DNA of 64,000 nt from Vicinamibacteria bacterium (GCA_965199715.1 OZ241322.1:1440001-1504000); one strand, 5' to 3'. Positions 1-11,903 are shown, numbered from the stretch's first letter. Notes: a model not told the origin generated them from the letters alone. A program made the numbers and translations.

Positions 1-120
1 AACCGGATGGGCGGGAAAGAGCTCCGCGTCCTCGACGAGCTCACGCGCCTGGTAGTCGGTTCCCGGGGTCAGGTAGCCGAAGGACCGGTAGCCGCCCGGC
101 CCGACCTTGCCGCGTCCCAT
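1..120 (-). CDS. 5' part of a gene running off the window start; possibly a membrane dipeptidase (M19) family protein
   Basis: ATG at 120-118, 2 nt after the stop of the VOC gene; open frame MGRGKVGPGGYRSFGYLTPGTDYQARELVEDAELFPAHPV. Family guess rests on the N-terminus only. Confidence 0.4.
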   Translation of the reverse strand, partial: MGRGKVGPGGYRSFGYLTPGTDYQARELVEDAELFPAHPV

Positions 121-122
121 GG

Positions 123-1067
123 CTAGCGGGCGAGTTGCGCAAGAAGCGCTTCGTTCCCCGGAACGTCGAGGAACTTGTCGAACTCGAGGAAGTAGTTGCC
201 CGGGTCGTAGCCCACGAACACCTCGACCCGGTCGCTCTCGTTCACGATGCCGGTTCGGGAGCGATAGCCGGGGAAGCCGTTCAGGTGGTCGTGCCACGGC
301 GCGACGTCGTCCACGAAGAAGCTCACCGTGACCGCCTTGTCCTCGGTGAACGAGTGCATGCCCCGGCTGGAGTCCACGAGACCGACGAAGCCGGCGCGCG
401 ATGTGCGCAGGATCTTGGCCCAGCCCTGATCCACCGTCTCCGGCAGCCCGAGCGCGTCCATGTAGAAGTCGCGGAGCGACAGGATGTCGGGGTAGTACAT
501 CCACACGATCATCGCCTCGAAGCCCATCCCCGGCCCGGCGGCTGCGTCCACGCCGCCGAGCGGCTCGGCGCCGTCGAGAATGGGCATGAGATCAACGTTT
601 TCGGCGTGCGGCACGAAGCGCTCGATCTCGAGGATGTAGCCGCCCGGATCGAACACGGTGAACGCGTGGTGCGCGGCCTCCGGATCGGCGGTCGCCTCGT
701 CGAAGCGGCTGCGGAAGTTCGCGTCGAACCCGTCGAGCCGCGCTTGCCAGTCGGCCAGCCGGTCGGTCACGAGCGCGAAGGCGACCGTCTTGGGTTCGTC
801 GGCGCTATGCATTCCCTCCGCCTCATCGACCAGCGTGAGGTACGCGGACTCGGCGACCTGGAACATCTTGGCGAAGCCGAAGTCGGCGGCGAGCGGCAGG
901 CCCAGCGCGTCCCGATAGAACGCCTCCGCCTCGCCGAGATCGCGGTAGTAGAGGAAGGCGTTCTGGGCGAGGATCGGCGGCAGTTCGTCGGATTCCGCGA
1001 CCTCAACCGGCTCGGGGGGCGCCCCGCAGGCGAGGGCGAGGGCGATTGCGGGGAGGGCGCGGCGCAT
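123..1067 (-). CDS. VOC/glyoxalase-family lipoprotein with tandem VOC domains
   Basis: Lipobox-like LALAC; two repeats of (F/W)xYYxD...FY.DALGL....D.G.AK...GMHS..E.K.V...DPG.Y.LE. Confidence 0.8.
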   Translation of the reverse strand: MRRALPAIALALACGAPPEPVEVAESDELPPILAQNAFLYYRDLGEAEAFYRDALGLPLAADFGFAKMFQVAESAYLTLVDEAEGMHSADEPKTVAFALVTDRLADWQARLDGFDANFRSRFDEATADPEAAHHAFTVFDPGGYILEIERFVPHAENVDLMPILDGAEPLGGVDAAAGPGMGFEAMIVWMYYPDILSLRDFYMDALGLPETVDQGWAKILRTSRAGFVGLVDSSRGMHSFTEDKAVTVSFFVDDVAPWHDHLNGFPGYRSRTGIVNESDRVEVFVGYDPGNYFLEFDKFLDVPGNEALLAQLAR

Positions 1068-1114
1068 GGGCCGGAAAGTACCACCGGGGCCGGGCGATAA
1101 TCCGGCGGCCCCCG

Positions 1115-2782
1115 ATGCTCACTCGTCTCCGAATTCGGAATCTCAAGCGGTTTGAGGACGTGGACATTCCGCTGGACAGCCCGGTGCTCTTCGTGGGACC
1201 GAACAACTCGGGCAAGACCACGGCGCTACAGGCGCTGGCGCTGTGGGAACTCGGTCTGCGGCGTTGGACCGAGAAGCGGCCGCCGAACGGTGCGCCGGAA
1301 CGACGGCCGGGAGTGGCCATCAGCCACCGCGACCTGCTCTCCTCGCCCGCCCCGGATGCGAAACACCTCTGGCGTCGACTGAGAGTTCGCCGTCAGGAAC
1401 GAAGCGAGGGCACGCGTCGCACCCGGAACATCCGCATTGAGATCGTCGTCGAGGGGCGGTCCAACGGAAGCGAGTGGTCCGCGGGATTGGAGTTTGACTA
1501 CGCCAACCCCGAGTCCTTCTATTGCCGCCCGCTGCGGAATTCCAGACTCCCGGCCGAAGCGTCCGGCGTACGCATCGCCTACCTGCCGCCGATGTCGGGA
1601 CTCGCCAAGGACGAGCTGCGCCTCGAGCCGGGCGGAGTCCAGGTGCGAGTCGGCGAGGGACGGACCGCCGAGGTTCTTCGGAATTTGTGCTTCCAGGTTC
1701 ATGAGGAGAACCCGGAAGCGTGGCGCGGTCTCACGCAGGAGATTGAGGGCACGTTCGGAGTGGAACTCGAGTCTCCGCACCACATCCGTGATCGGGGGGA
1801 AATCAGGCTCGGGTACCGGGAGAACGATGTCCGCTACGACATCACTTCGTCGGGCCGCGGCCTGCTCCAGACCACGCTGCTGCTGGCGCATCTCGCGCTT
1901 CACCGCGGCTCCGTGCTCGTGCTGGACGAACCGGACGCCCACCTCGAGGTCGTGCGCCAGCGGCAAACGTACGACTTGCTCAAGCGAGTAGCGGCGCAGA
2001 GCGACAGCCAGTTGATCCTCGCGACTCACTCGGAAGTGCTGCTCGGAGAGGCGTCGGGAACCGATGAAATCATCGCGTTCGTCGGCGATCCGCACCCCAT
2101 CGGGCAACACGCCAGCGGTGTCCAGAAGGCGCTGCGGGACATCGGCTACGGCGACTACGAACGCGCCCGACAGGCCGGTTTCGTCCTCTACGTTAAGGGA
2201 ACGACCGACGTGTTGGTTCTCCGTGCGTTCGCCGAACGGCTCGGCCACACCGATGCGCTCAAGGCGCTTGACGCTGCCTTCGTCAAACCAGTCGGGAACC
2301 AGCCAATGGAAGCCGTCCGTCACTTCGTCGGCCTGCGTGAGGCTCAGCCGAGACTGACGGCGTTCGCGCTCTTCGATCGCCTGGGGCGCGGCTTGCCGGA
2401 CATGGCGAACATCCCCGCCGATACGTGGAAGCGGCGGGAGATCGAGAACTACCTCGCCTCACCCGGAACGCTGGAAGCGTGGGCGGGACAGGGGCGGGAC
2501 CTCTTCGTCGCCAACCGCCAGGAGGCGATGCGTAGCGCGATCGACGATGTCAAGAGCGCCCACCGATTCTTGCACCGCGGCGAAGAAGCCGACAGCCCCG
2601 ACGCGAAGGCCAGCGAAGTGTTCCTCCCTACCGTGTTCGACGAGTGGTTTCGGCGAATCGGACGCAGAGACGCCATGCCGAAGCGGCGGTTCCACGAACT
2701 CGCCGCCTTCATCCCCGATTCCGACCTCGACCCGGAAATAGGGCAGAAGCTCGACCGGATCGTGGCCGCCTACAGCGGCTGA
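1115..2782 (+). CDS. ABC/AAA ATPase with C-terminal TOPRIM-like domain (OLD-family / ATP-dependent nuclease-like)
   Basis: MLTRLRIRNLKRF start, Walker A GPNNSGKT, signature SSGRG, Walker B LVLDEPDAHL, H-loop ATHS, TOPRIM-like YVKGTTD and REIENYL; ATG 1115 chosen over the ORF-track start. Confidence 0.8.
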   Translation: MLTRLRIRNLKRFEDVDIPLDSPVLFVGPNNSGKTTALQALALWELGLRRWTEKRPPNGAPERRPGVAISHRDLLSSPAPDAKHLWRRLRVRRQERSEGTRRTRNIRIEIVVEGRSNGSEWSAGLEFDYANPESFYCRPLRNSRLPAEASGVRIAYLPPMSGLAKDELRLEPGGVQVRVGEGRTAEVLRNLCFQVHEENPEAWRGLTQEIEGTFGVELESPHHIRDRGEIRLGYRENDVRYDITSSGRGLLQTTLLLAHLALHRGSVLVLDEPDAHLEVVRQRQTYDLLKRVAAQSDSQLILATHSEVLLGEASGTDEIIAFVGDPHPIGQHASGVQKALRDIGYGDYERARQAGFVLYVKGTTDVLVLRAFAERLGHTDALKALDAAFVKPVGNQPMEAVRHFVGLREAQPRLTAFALFDRLGRGLPDMANIPADTWKRREIENYLASPGTLEAWAGQGRDLFVANRQEAMRSAIDDVKSAHRFLHRGEEADSPDAKASEVFLPTVFDEWFRRIGRRDAMPKRRFHELAAFIPDSDLDPEIGQKLDRIVAAYSG

Positions 2783-3675
2783 CCCGAGATCGCGCTTCCC
2801 GCGACCTCTTCGCCGTATCGGGCGATCGCCGCATGGTCCTCGGCGGCGTGGCCGTTTTCGACCAGCGTGTGGACGAACTGCCGAACGACGGTCGTCACCG
2901 GAACCGGGCTGCCGGTGGCCTTCGCCGCGGCGAGCGCATTGTCCAGATCCTTCAGATGCAGCTTCAGCCGGAAGCCGGGCTTCCAGTCGCCGGCGATCAT
3001 CTTTTCCGCCTTGGCCTCCAGCGCGGCGCTTCCGGCGAGGCCGCCCCGGATCGCCTCCACGACGACCCGTGGATCGAGGCCGGACCGGACGGAAAGAAGC
3101 AGCGCCTCGCCGACCGCCTGAATGTTCGCCGCCACGATCAACTGGTTCGCGAGCTTGACGGTGTTCCCGGCTCCCGCCGGACCGCAGTGGACCGCGCTCT
3201 TGCCCAGCACCGAGAAGACCGGACCGAGCGCCCGGAACGCCGCCTCGTCCCCGCCCGCCATGATCGCGAGCGATCCGGCGATCGCGCCGGGCTCCCCGCC
3301 GCTCACCGGGGCATCCGCGACCGAAACGCCGCGCCCTGAGGCCGCTTCGGCGATCCGGCGGCTGCTCTCGGGCCGGATCGAGGACATGTCCGCCACCAGC
3401 GGGGACGGGGAAGCCGCTTCCAGAACCCCGCGCGGGCCAAGCATCACGAGTTCCGAGTCCGGCGAGTCCGGCAGCATCAGGATCGTCGCGTCCCGGCCCG
3501 ACGCGCACTCGGCGGGGGAGCCGGCGGCTCGCGCTCCCGCCGCGACCAGCTCCTCCACCGGCCCCGGCGAGCGGCTGTGGACCGTGAGTTCGTAACCGGC
3601 GGCGAGGAGGTTCTTGGCCATGGGTTTTCCCATGACCCCTAGCCCGATGAACCCGAGCGAGCGGAGCGGCGGCAT
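2770..3675 (-). CDS. garR: 2-hydroxy-3-oxopropionate (tartronate semialdehyde) reductase / beta-hydroxyacid dehydrogenase family
   Basis: GFIGLGVMGKPMAKNL, DAPVSGGEPGA, KLANQ, KPGFRLKLHLKDL motifs. Confidence 0.85.
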   Translation of the reverse strand: MPPLRSLGFIGLGVMGKPMAKNLLAAGYELTVHSRSPGPVEELVAAGARAAGSPAECASGRDATILMLPDSPDSELVMLGPRGVLEAASPSPLVADMSSIRPESSRRIAEAASGRGVSVADAPVSGGEPGAIAGSLAIMAGGDEAAFRALGPVFSVLGKSAVHCGPAGAGNTVKLANQLIVAANIQAVGEALLLSVRSGLDPRVVVEAIRGGLAGSAALEAKAEKMIAGDWKPGFRLKLHLKDLDNALAAAKATGSPVPVTTVVRQFVHTLVENGHAAEDHAAIARYGEEVAGSAISGQPL

Positions 3676-3711
3676 GGAACGAGGCTACCGCACCTGCGCT
3701 AACTTCCCATC

Positions 3712-4040
3712 ATGAGCCACTACTACCATGAGCACGACTTGGCGCGGTTCGCCGACGTGGGCAAGAACGCCCCGGAGCTGTGGGAGAAGTTCAATGCGTG
3801 GTACCGGGCGACCTTCGCCGAAGGGGCGCTCACCGGGCGGGAAAAGGCTCTGATCGCGCTCGGCGTCGCGCACGCGGTCCAGTGCCCGTACTGCATCCAC
3901 GCCTGGACCGAGGCGTGCCTCGAAAAGGGCTCCAACTCCGAACAGATGACCGAAGCGGTGCACGTGGCGTCGGCGATCCGCGGCGGCGCGTCGCTGGTCC
4001 ACGGGGTCCAGATGCGCAAGACCAACGAAAGGCTGAGCAT

Positions 4041-4044
<4 letters not shown>
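3712..4044 (+). CDS. Carboxymuconolactone decarboxylase/AhpD-like protein (arsenosugar-associated peroxidase-like type)
   Basis: REKALIAL...VQCPYCI...EAVHVASAIRGGASLVHGVQM; GTGA-coupled to arsS. Confidence 0.85.
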
Positions 4045-5051
<1,007 letters not shown>

Positions 5052-6131
5052 GTGCCCCGCGCCGCGGTATTGCCGGGCCCCGGCCGCCCGGCCGAGCTGC
5101 GCGACTTCCCGCGCCCGCGGCTCGAACCCGGCGAGATCCTGCTGGAGACGCTCGCGTCGGAGGTCTGCGGCACCGACGTCCACCTCCGCCACGGGCGCCT
5201 CGCCGGGGTTCCCTACCCGGTGATCCCGGGCCATGTGAGCATCGGGCGCATCCTCGAGACCGCCGGAGCCCGTGAGGACGCCTCCGGCGCACCGATCGGG
5301 CCGGGCAGCGTGGTCACGTTCTTCGACGTGCACGGAGCCTGCGGCGCGTGCCACTTCTGCCTCGTGGCCCGCGCCCCGAACCGCTGCCCGTCAAGGCGGG
5401 TGTACGGCATCACCGAATCGGCGGACGACGGGCTTCTCGGCGGCTGGGCCGAGGAGATCTGGCTGCGGGCCGGAGTCCGCACGGTCGCGCTCCCGGAAGC
5501 GCTCTCGGTGGACGACTTGATCGGCGGCGGCTGCGGCCTGTTCACCGGGTTCGCGGCGGTGGACCGCGCCGGAATCCGCCTCGCCGAGACGGTCGCGGTG
5601 CAGGGAATCGGGCCGGTGGGCCTCGCGGCGATCGCGTTCGCCCGCGCCGCCGGGGCCGGAACCATCGTCGCCCTCGGCGAACCGGCGGCGCGCCGGGAAC
5701 TGGCGCTCGCGATGGGGGCCGATCTGGCGTTCGCGCTGGACGACCCCGACCGCGCGGCGGCGATCCGGGATCTGACGCTCGGGCACGGGCCCGACATCGT
5801 CATCGAGGCCAGCGGAAACCCTCGCGCCGTCCCCGAGGGCCTCGAAATGGTCCGCGACGGGGGCCGCTACGTGGTCGTGGGCCACTACACCGACGCCGGC
5901 GCGATCGAGGTGAACCCCCACACGATGATCAACCGGAAGCACGTCGAGATCCGCGGGCAGTGGGGCAGCGAGTTCCACCACTGGCGCCGCGCGCTCGACG
6001 TGCTCGTGCGGCGCCGGGACGCGATCCCGTTCGCCCGCGTGATCGGGAAGCGCTACCGGCTGGAGCAGGCGAACGAGGCGCTCGACGACGTGGAGGCGCT
6101 CAGGGTCACCAAGGCCATAATCGTCCTCTAG
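5052..6131 (+). CDS. Zinc-binding alcohol dehydrogenase (MDR family)
   Basis: VCGTDVH, PGH, structural Zn site CGACHFC-x7-C, Rossmann GIGPVG. Confidence 0.9.
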   Translation: MPRAAVLPGPGRPAELRDFPRPRLEPGEILLETLASEVCGTDVHLRHGRLAGVPYPVIPGHVSIGRILETAGAREDASGAPIGPGSVVTFFDVHGACGACHFCLVARAPNRCPSRRVYGITESADDGLLGGWAEEIWLRAGVRTVALPEALSVDDLIGGGCGLFTGFAAVDRAGIRLAETVAVQGIGPVGLAAIAFARAAGAGTIVALGEPAARRELALAMGADLAFALDDPDRAAAIRDLTLGHGPDIVIEASGNPRAVPEGLEMVRDGGRYVVVGHYTDAGAIEVNPHTMINRKHVEIRGQWGSEFHHWRRALDVLVRRRDAIPFARVIGKRYRLEQANEALDDVEALRVTKAIIVL

Positions 6132-6133
6132 CG

Positions 6134-7018
6134 ATGCCGGAGAACGTCTCGCGCAAGTCGGGCAGCCGGACCGCGCAGCTCGTCGCCGCAGTCCGCGCCG
6201 GTCACTACTTCCAGGACCCCGAACCCCACATCCTCGACGATCCGTTCGCGGTCCATTTCGCGGGGCCGCTCCTGAGCCTCGTCGCCCGCAACCGCCTCCT
6301 CCACCGGCTGGTCGCGAAGGGCGTTCTCGGGAAGTACCTGCCCATCCACCGGTGGGTGCTGGGCCGGGCGCGATTCGTGGAGGAGGCGCTGGACGCCGCC
6401 GTCCAGCGCGGCGTGGACCAGTACGTCATTCTCGGATCCGGGTTCGATTCGTTCGCGCTGCGTCGTCCGGACCTCCCGGCGACCATCTTCGAGGTGGATC
6501 TCGCGGCGACCCATGCGCGCAGGCGCCGCCGGTTGAAGGCCGCCGGCCTGGAGGCGCCGGAGAACGCTAGGGCGGTGGACGTGGACTTCGAGCGGGACGA
6601 CCTCGCCGAGCGGCTCCGGGCGAACGGCTTCCGGGCCGACCGGCGCTGCTTCGTCAACTGGATGGGCGTGACCTACTACCTCGCCCGGAACGCCATCGAG
6701 TCCAACCTGCGGACGCTCGAGGCGCTGGCGGCGCCGGGTTCCGAGCTCGCCTTCGACTACGCGGTCCCGATCGACGACCTGGCGCCGGACGACCGGAACG
6801 TCGCCGAAGCGTTGCTCCGGCTGCTCGCGAGGGAGGGAGAGCCCTTCGTGAGCCACTTCGATCCGGACCGCCTGCTCGGCGATCTTTCGCTCGGCGAGCG
6901 CTGGGAGCCGCTCGCGCATCCGTCGGCGGACGAACTCAGGCACCGTTACCAGCCGGGCGTGCCCGGTCCGTGGGCGCCGTTCTTCCGGTTGCCGCTGCTT
7001 CGCCGCCGGGGTGGATGA
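6134..7018 (+). CDS. SAM-dependent methyltransferase, LCM/TIGR00027-like family
   Basis: SRTAQLVAAVRA, DDPFA, QYVILGSGFDS, FEVD, VDFERD, WMGVTYYL; ATG 6134. Confidence 0.85.
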   Translation: MPENVSRKSGSRTAQLVAAVRAGHYFQDPEPHILDDPFAVHFAGPLLSLVARNRLLHRLVAKGVLGKYLPIHRWVLGRARFVEEALDAAVQRGVDQYVILGSGFDSFALRRPDLPATIFEVDLAATHARRRRRLKAAGLEAPENARAVDVDFERDDLAERLRANGFRADRRCFVNWMGVTYYLARNAIESNLRTLEALAAPGSELAFDYAVPIDDLAPDDRNVAEALLRLLAREGEPFVSHFDPDRLLGDLSLGERWEPLAHPSADELRHRYQPGVPGPWAPFFRLPLLRRRGG

Positions 7019-7082
7019 GGGGACTCGAACCCCCAACCACCGGAACCACAATCCGGTGCTCTGCCGTTGAGCTACATCCACC
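7010..7082 (-). tRNA. tRNA-His(GTG) with encoded G-1; CCA not encoded
   Basis: GGTGGATGTAGCTCAACGGCAGAGCA-CCGGA-TTGTGGT-TCCGG...GGTTCGAGTCC...CATCCACC cloverleaf. Confidence 0.95.
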
Positions 7083-7088
7083 AGCCGG

Positions 7089-7161
7089 CGCGCCAGGGAG
7101 GACTCGAACCCCCGACCATCGGCTTAGAAGGCCGCCGCTCTATCCACTGAGCTACTGGCGC
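7089..7161 (-). tRNA. tRNA-Arg(TCT); CCA not encoded
   Basis: GCGCCAGTAGCTCAGTGGATAGAGC...CTTCTAA anticodon loop...GGTTCGAGTCC...CTGGCGCG. Confidence 0.95.
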
Positions 7162-7182
7162 GTCGCGACGCCGGCCGGTCAC

Positions 7183-7259
7183 TGGTCGGGGCGGAAGGAT
7201 TCGAACCTCCGGCTTCCTGCTCCCAAAGCAGGCGCGCTGCCAGACTGCGCCACGCCCCG
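7183..7259 (-). tRNA. tRNA-Pro(TGG) with encoded CCA
   Basis: CGGGGCGTGGCGCAGTCTGG...CCTGC-TTTGGGA-GCAGG...GGTTCGAATCC...CGCCCCGACCA. Confidence 0.95.
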
Positions 7260-7273
7260 AGAAGCAACGGCGG

Positions 7274-7279
7274 ATTATA
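7274..7279 (-). promoter_or_regulatory. -10 box (TATAAT) of the tRNA Pro-Arg-His operon
   Basis: Perfect TATAAT 14 nt upstream of tRNA-Pro; contains the rdgB TAA stop. Confidence 0.65.
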
Positions 7280-7865
7280 GGAGCTTCCCCTCGACCGCGG
7301 CCGTCAGGAACCGCAGCGTCCGGCGCAGCGCGGCGCCCCGGTGGCTGATCGCCTCCTTCTCGCGACAAGGCAGCTCGGCCATGGTCCTTCCGAGGTCCGT
7401 CTCGAAGATCGGGTCGTACCCGAATCCGCCCGATCCCCGGGGCGCGGCCGCGATCCGGCCCTCGACGGTCCCGGTCGCCCGGAAGAGGATCCGGCCCCGC
7501 GCCGCGACCGCCATCGCCGAGCGGTAGCGCGCGGTCCGCGCGCGGCCGGCGACCAGATCGAGGATCCGCCGGTTCTTCTCCGAGTACGGCGTATCCACCC
7601 CCATCCAGCGCGCCGAGCGCACCCCCGGTTCGCCCCCCAGCGCGTCCACCTCGAGGCCGGAGTCCTCGGCGAGCGTGGGCAGGCCGCTGGCCGCCGCGTA
7701 GTGGAGCGCCTTGATGCCGACGTTCGCGATGAAGCCCTCGCCGGTCTCCTCCGGCTCGACCGACTCCGCCGCAAGGAACCGCAGCTCCAGCGGGAGCGTC
7801 CCGAGCAGGCGGCGCATCTCACGCACCTTGCCCTCGTTGCCGGTGCCGAGGAGGAGCGCGGTCAC
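7275..7865 (-). CDS. rdgB: Non-canonical purine NTP pyrophosphatase (RdgB/HAM1)
   Basis: GTGNEGKVRE, EDSGLEVDALGGEPGVRSAR, GFGYDPIF, ISHRG. Confidence 0.95.
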   Translation of the reverse strand: MTALLLGTGNEGKVREMRRLLGTLPLELRFLAAESVEPEETGEGFIANVGIKALHYAAASGLPTLAEDSGLEVDALGGEPGVRSARWMGVDTPYSEKNRRILDLVAGRARTARYRSAMAVAARGRILFRATGTVEGRIAAAPRGSGGFGYDPIFETDLGRTMAELPCREKEAISHRGAALRRTLRFLTAAVEGKLL

Positions 7866-8584
7866 TCGGGCAGCGGGATCCCGGCGAGCGCGGTCCGCTG
7901 CCGGTTCGCCAGCGCCGCGATCCCGGTCGCCGCCGCGTCCAGCATCTCGTTCAGCAGCGCCCGTCCGAACGGGCGCCCCTCGGCGTTCCCCTGGACCTCG
8001 ATCAGGTCGCCGTCCGCGGTCTGCACCACGTTCAGGTCCACGTCCGCCGCGGCGTCCTCGGCGTAGTCCAGGTCAAGCAGCACCTCGCCCCGGACCACCC
8101 CCACGCTGACCGCGGCGACCTGCCGGCGCAGGAGCGCGCCGGGCAGCGCGCGGCGGCGGCGCGCGTCCTCGAGCAGCAGCGCGAGGGCGACGAACCCGCC
8201 GGTGATGGCCGCGGTCCGGGTTCCGCCGTCGGCTTCGATCACGTCGCAGTCGATCCGGATCGTTCGCTCGCCGATTCCCGCGAGGTCCAGCCCCGCTCGC
8301 AGCGAGCGTCCGATCAGCCGCTGGATCTCGGTCCCCCGCCCCGACGGGCCGCGCCCGATCCGCTCGTCGGAGGAGCGCGGCAGCATCGCGTACTCGGCGG
8401 TGAGCCAGCCGCGTCCCTTCCCCTTAAGCCAATCGGGCGGACGCTCGTCGAATCCCGCCGCGCAGAGCACCCGCGTTCCGCCCTGGCGGATCAGGGCCGA
8501 ACCCGGAGTCCGGGCGAGGAATCCCGTCTGGACGCCCACCGGCCGGATCTCGAGCGGGCCGCGTCCGCCGGCGCGCGCGCTCAC
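7862..8584 (-). CDS. rph: Ribonuclease PH
   Basis: GWLTAEYAMLP, EIQRLIGRSLRA, DCDVIEADGGTRTAAITG, LDLDYAED; GTG 8584 in a GTGA overlap. Confidence 0.95.
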   Translation of the reverse strand: MSARAGGRGPLEIRPVGVQTGFLARTPGSALIRQGGTRVLCAAGFDERPPDWLKGKGRGWLTAEYAMLPRSSDERIGRGPSGRGTEIQRLIGRSLRAGLDLAGIGERTIRIDCDVIEADGGTRTAAITGGFVALALLLEDARRRRALPGALLRRQVAAVSVGVVRGEVLLDLDYAEDAAADVDLNVVQTADGDLIEVQGNAEGRPFGRALLNEMLDAAATGIAALANRQRTALAGIPLPE

Positions 8585-9111
8585 GGCCCCTCCAGCAGGC
8601 GCTCGGGGGCGAGCCCGAACCCGGCGGCGAGATCGAGGTGGCCGGCGAGCGTGGGCGGCGAACGTCCCTCCACCGCGAAGCGAACCTCGGCGATCGCGGG
8701 GAAGCTCGCGACCAGCGAGTGGCTCAGGCTGTACACCGTGAGCTCCTCGGCGAACAGGCCGCCCGGATGTCCCTCCAGCAGGTCGCCGCTGAAGTTCACG
8801 ACGGCCACGCCCCGGCCGCTGACGAACACGTCGAGGATGCGAGTGTTCTCCGGGAAGGCTCCCGATTCGGCGACGAGGCGCCGGGCGAGGTTCTGGGCTC
8901 GAGACCGGGTGGTGAGCCCGCCTTCCAGCTCGACCTCGCGGGTCCGGAGGCGGCCGCCCGGCCCGATGTCGCAAAGCACGCCGGTCTCGATCTCGATCGG
9001 CTCCGGCTCCAGAGCCGACGCCTCGGGGATCGGCTCCGGCTCGGGTTCCGGCGGAGCTTCGGGCGAGCACCCGGCGAGGAGCAGCGCGGCGAGCGCGGCG
9101 CGGGCGTTCAT
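8581..9111 (-). CDS. GerMN (sporulation/spore germination) domain lipoprotein
   Basis: Lipobox LLAGC, Pro/Glu linker, VAVVNFS...HPGG...EELTVYSL...TLAGHLDL; sits between amidase and rph. Confidence 0.8.
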   Translation of the reverse strand: MNARAALAALLLAGCSPEAPPEPEPEPIPEASALEPEPIEIETGVLCDIGPGGRLRTREVELEGGLTTRSRAQNLARRLVAESGAFPENTRILDVFVSGRGVAVVNFSGDLLEGHPGGLFAEELTVYSLSHSLVASFPAIAEVRFAVEGRSPPTLAGHLDLAAGFGLAPERLLEGP

Positions 9112-10541
9112 TCGGAGCCGCCGGTGCCGCGCGGACCGGCGATCAGGCTCCGATACCGCAGCAGGCCCTCGGCCAGCGCCGTCGCCGCCCGCCGGGCGAA
9201 ATTGGGCCGGGCGAGGCGGGCCCGATCCGCCGAAGAGGTGAGGAACCCGAGTTCGACCTGGACCGCCGGCATCGCGGCGCGCCCGAGCACGAGCACCGGC
9301 GCTCCGGCTACGTCGCGGGCCGGGACGTCGAGCGCCCCGAGCTCGGCGAGCAACGCCTCGGCGAGTCGCCGCGACTCCGGGGCCCACGGAAGCTGCGAGT
9401 CTTCCCAGCGCACGAAGGAGGCCGGGTCGGGGGTCGCGGCCCGCCCCGAGCGGCTGGGCGCGTAGAAGTACACGTAGCTTCCCGACGCGCCGCCGGCCAT
9501 CGAGGCGTTCGCGTGGAGGCTCACCATGACGTCGGCGCGGGCGGCGTTCGCGAAGGCCGCCCGGTCGTCGGCCTGGACGGCGCGATCCTGGTCCCGCGTC
9601 AGGATCGCCCGCAGGCCGTACTCGCTCTGGAGCACGTCCTGGAGCTCCCGCGCCACGAGGAGCGCGAGATCCTTCTCGGCGAGGCCGCCCGCGCCCACGA
9701 CCCCCGAGTCCGGGCCGCCGTGGCCGGGGTCGATCACGACCGTGCGAATGCCGCGGGGCAGCGGCGCGCTGCGCTGCCGGGGAGCCTCGGGCGCCTCGTT
9801 CGTGAGACGGTCGCCGGCGCTCACCGCGGCCCGCAGCAGGTCGAACTGGATCCCGCCGGGCACGTTCCGCCGCACCGTCCGCCCGTAGTTGGGGCCAGTC
9901 TCCACCTCGATCGCGTAGTCGCGCCCGCGGCGGCGCAGGCGGACTTCCTCGACGACGCCGTCGCGGGGCGACTCGCCCGCGAACTGCGTCTCGAGGAACG
10001 GAACCGGAATCGGCACGAGGACGAAGCCCTCGACCTCCTGCGCCCCGAGCGGCACGGCGGGGTCGGTGCGCACGGTGACGCGGGTCGCCCCCGGCGTGCG
10101 CGAGACGTCCACCATCAGCCGGGTGCTCGCGCCGCGGAACAGGATGCGCTCGCGGGGGTCGAAGTCGCTGTCGCCGGGAAGCACGTCGGGCAGCACCCGC
10201 GCCACGAAGTCGAACGGGACCATCCAGTCGCCGCCAACCACCCGGCTGGGCTCCCGCAGCACCCGCATCCGGCCCTCGACGGTCACGAAGCTGCGGTCCC
10301 GGTCGAAGCGGGCGATCCGGTCGCCGACCTGGAGCAGCCCCGGCCCGTCGGCGCCGGCGTCCCTGAACGACCCGCCGAGCGCCGCCGCCAGATCGGCGAG
10401 AACGAGCATCTCGGCGCCGCCCACGCTTCGGACCTCGACCTCGCGCGTCGCCTCCGCGGTCACCACTCGCAGGGGCCGCGGCGGCTGGAGCGCCGGCGAA
10501 GCCGCGAGAAGGCACAGGAACAGCGCGGCGTCGGGACGCAT
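9108..10541 (-). CDS. N-acetylmuramoyl-L-alanine amidase (Amidase_3) with N-terminal beta-rich domains
   Basis: Signal peptide; VIDPGHGG, EKDL, VSLHAN, VELGFL zinc/catalytic motifs. Confidence 0.9.
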   Translation of the reverse strand: MRPDAALFLCLLAASPALQPPRPLRVVTAEATREVEVRSVGGAEMLVLADLAAALGGSFRDAGADGPGLLQVGDRIARFDRDRSFVTVEGRMRVLREPSRVVGGDWMVPFDFVARVLPDVLPGDSDFDPRERILFRGASTRLMVDVSRTPGATRVTVRTDPAVPLGAQEVEGFVLVPIPVPFLETQFAGESPRDGVVEEVRLRRRGRDYAIEVETGPNYGRTVRRNVPGGIQFDLLRAAVSAGDRLTNEAPEAPRQRSAPLPRGIRTVVIDPGHGGPDSGVVGAGGLAEKDLALLVARELQDVLQSEYGLRAILTRDQDRAVQADDRAAFANAARADVMVSLHANASMAGGASGSYVYFYAPSRSGRAATPDPASFVRWEDSQLPWAPESRRLAEALLAELGALDVPARDVAGAPVLVLGRAAMPAVQVELGFLTSSADRARLARPNFARRAATALAEGLLRYRSLIAGPRGTGGSE

Positions 10542-10578
10542 GAGACAGCCGTTCCGGGAGGATAACCTTCGCGCCAAC

Positions 10579-11901
<1,323 letters not shown>

Positions 11902-11903
11902 AC

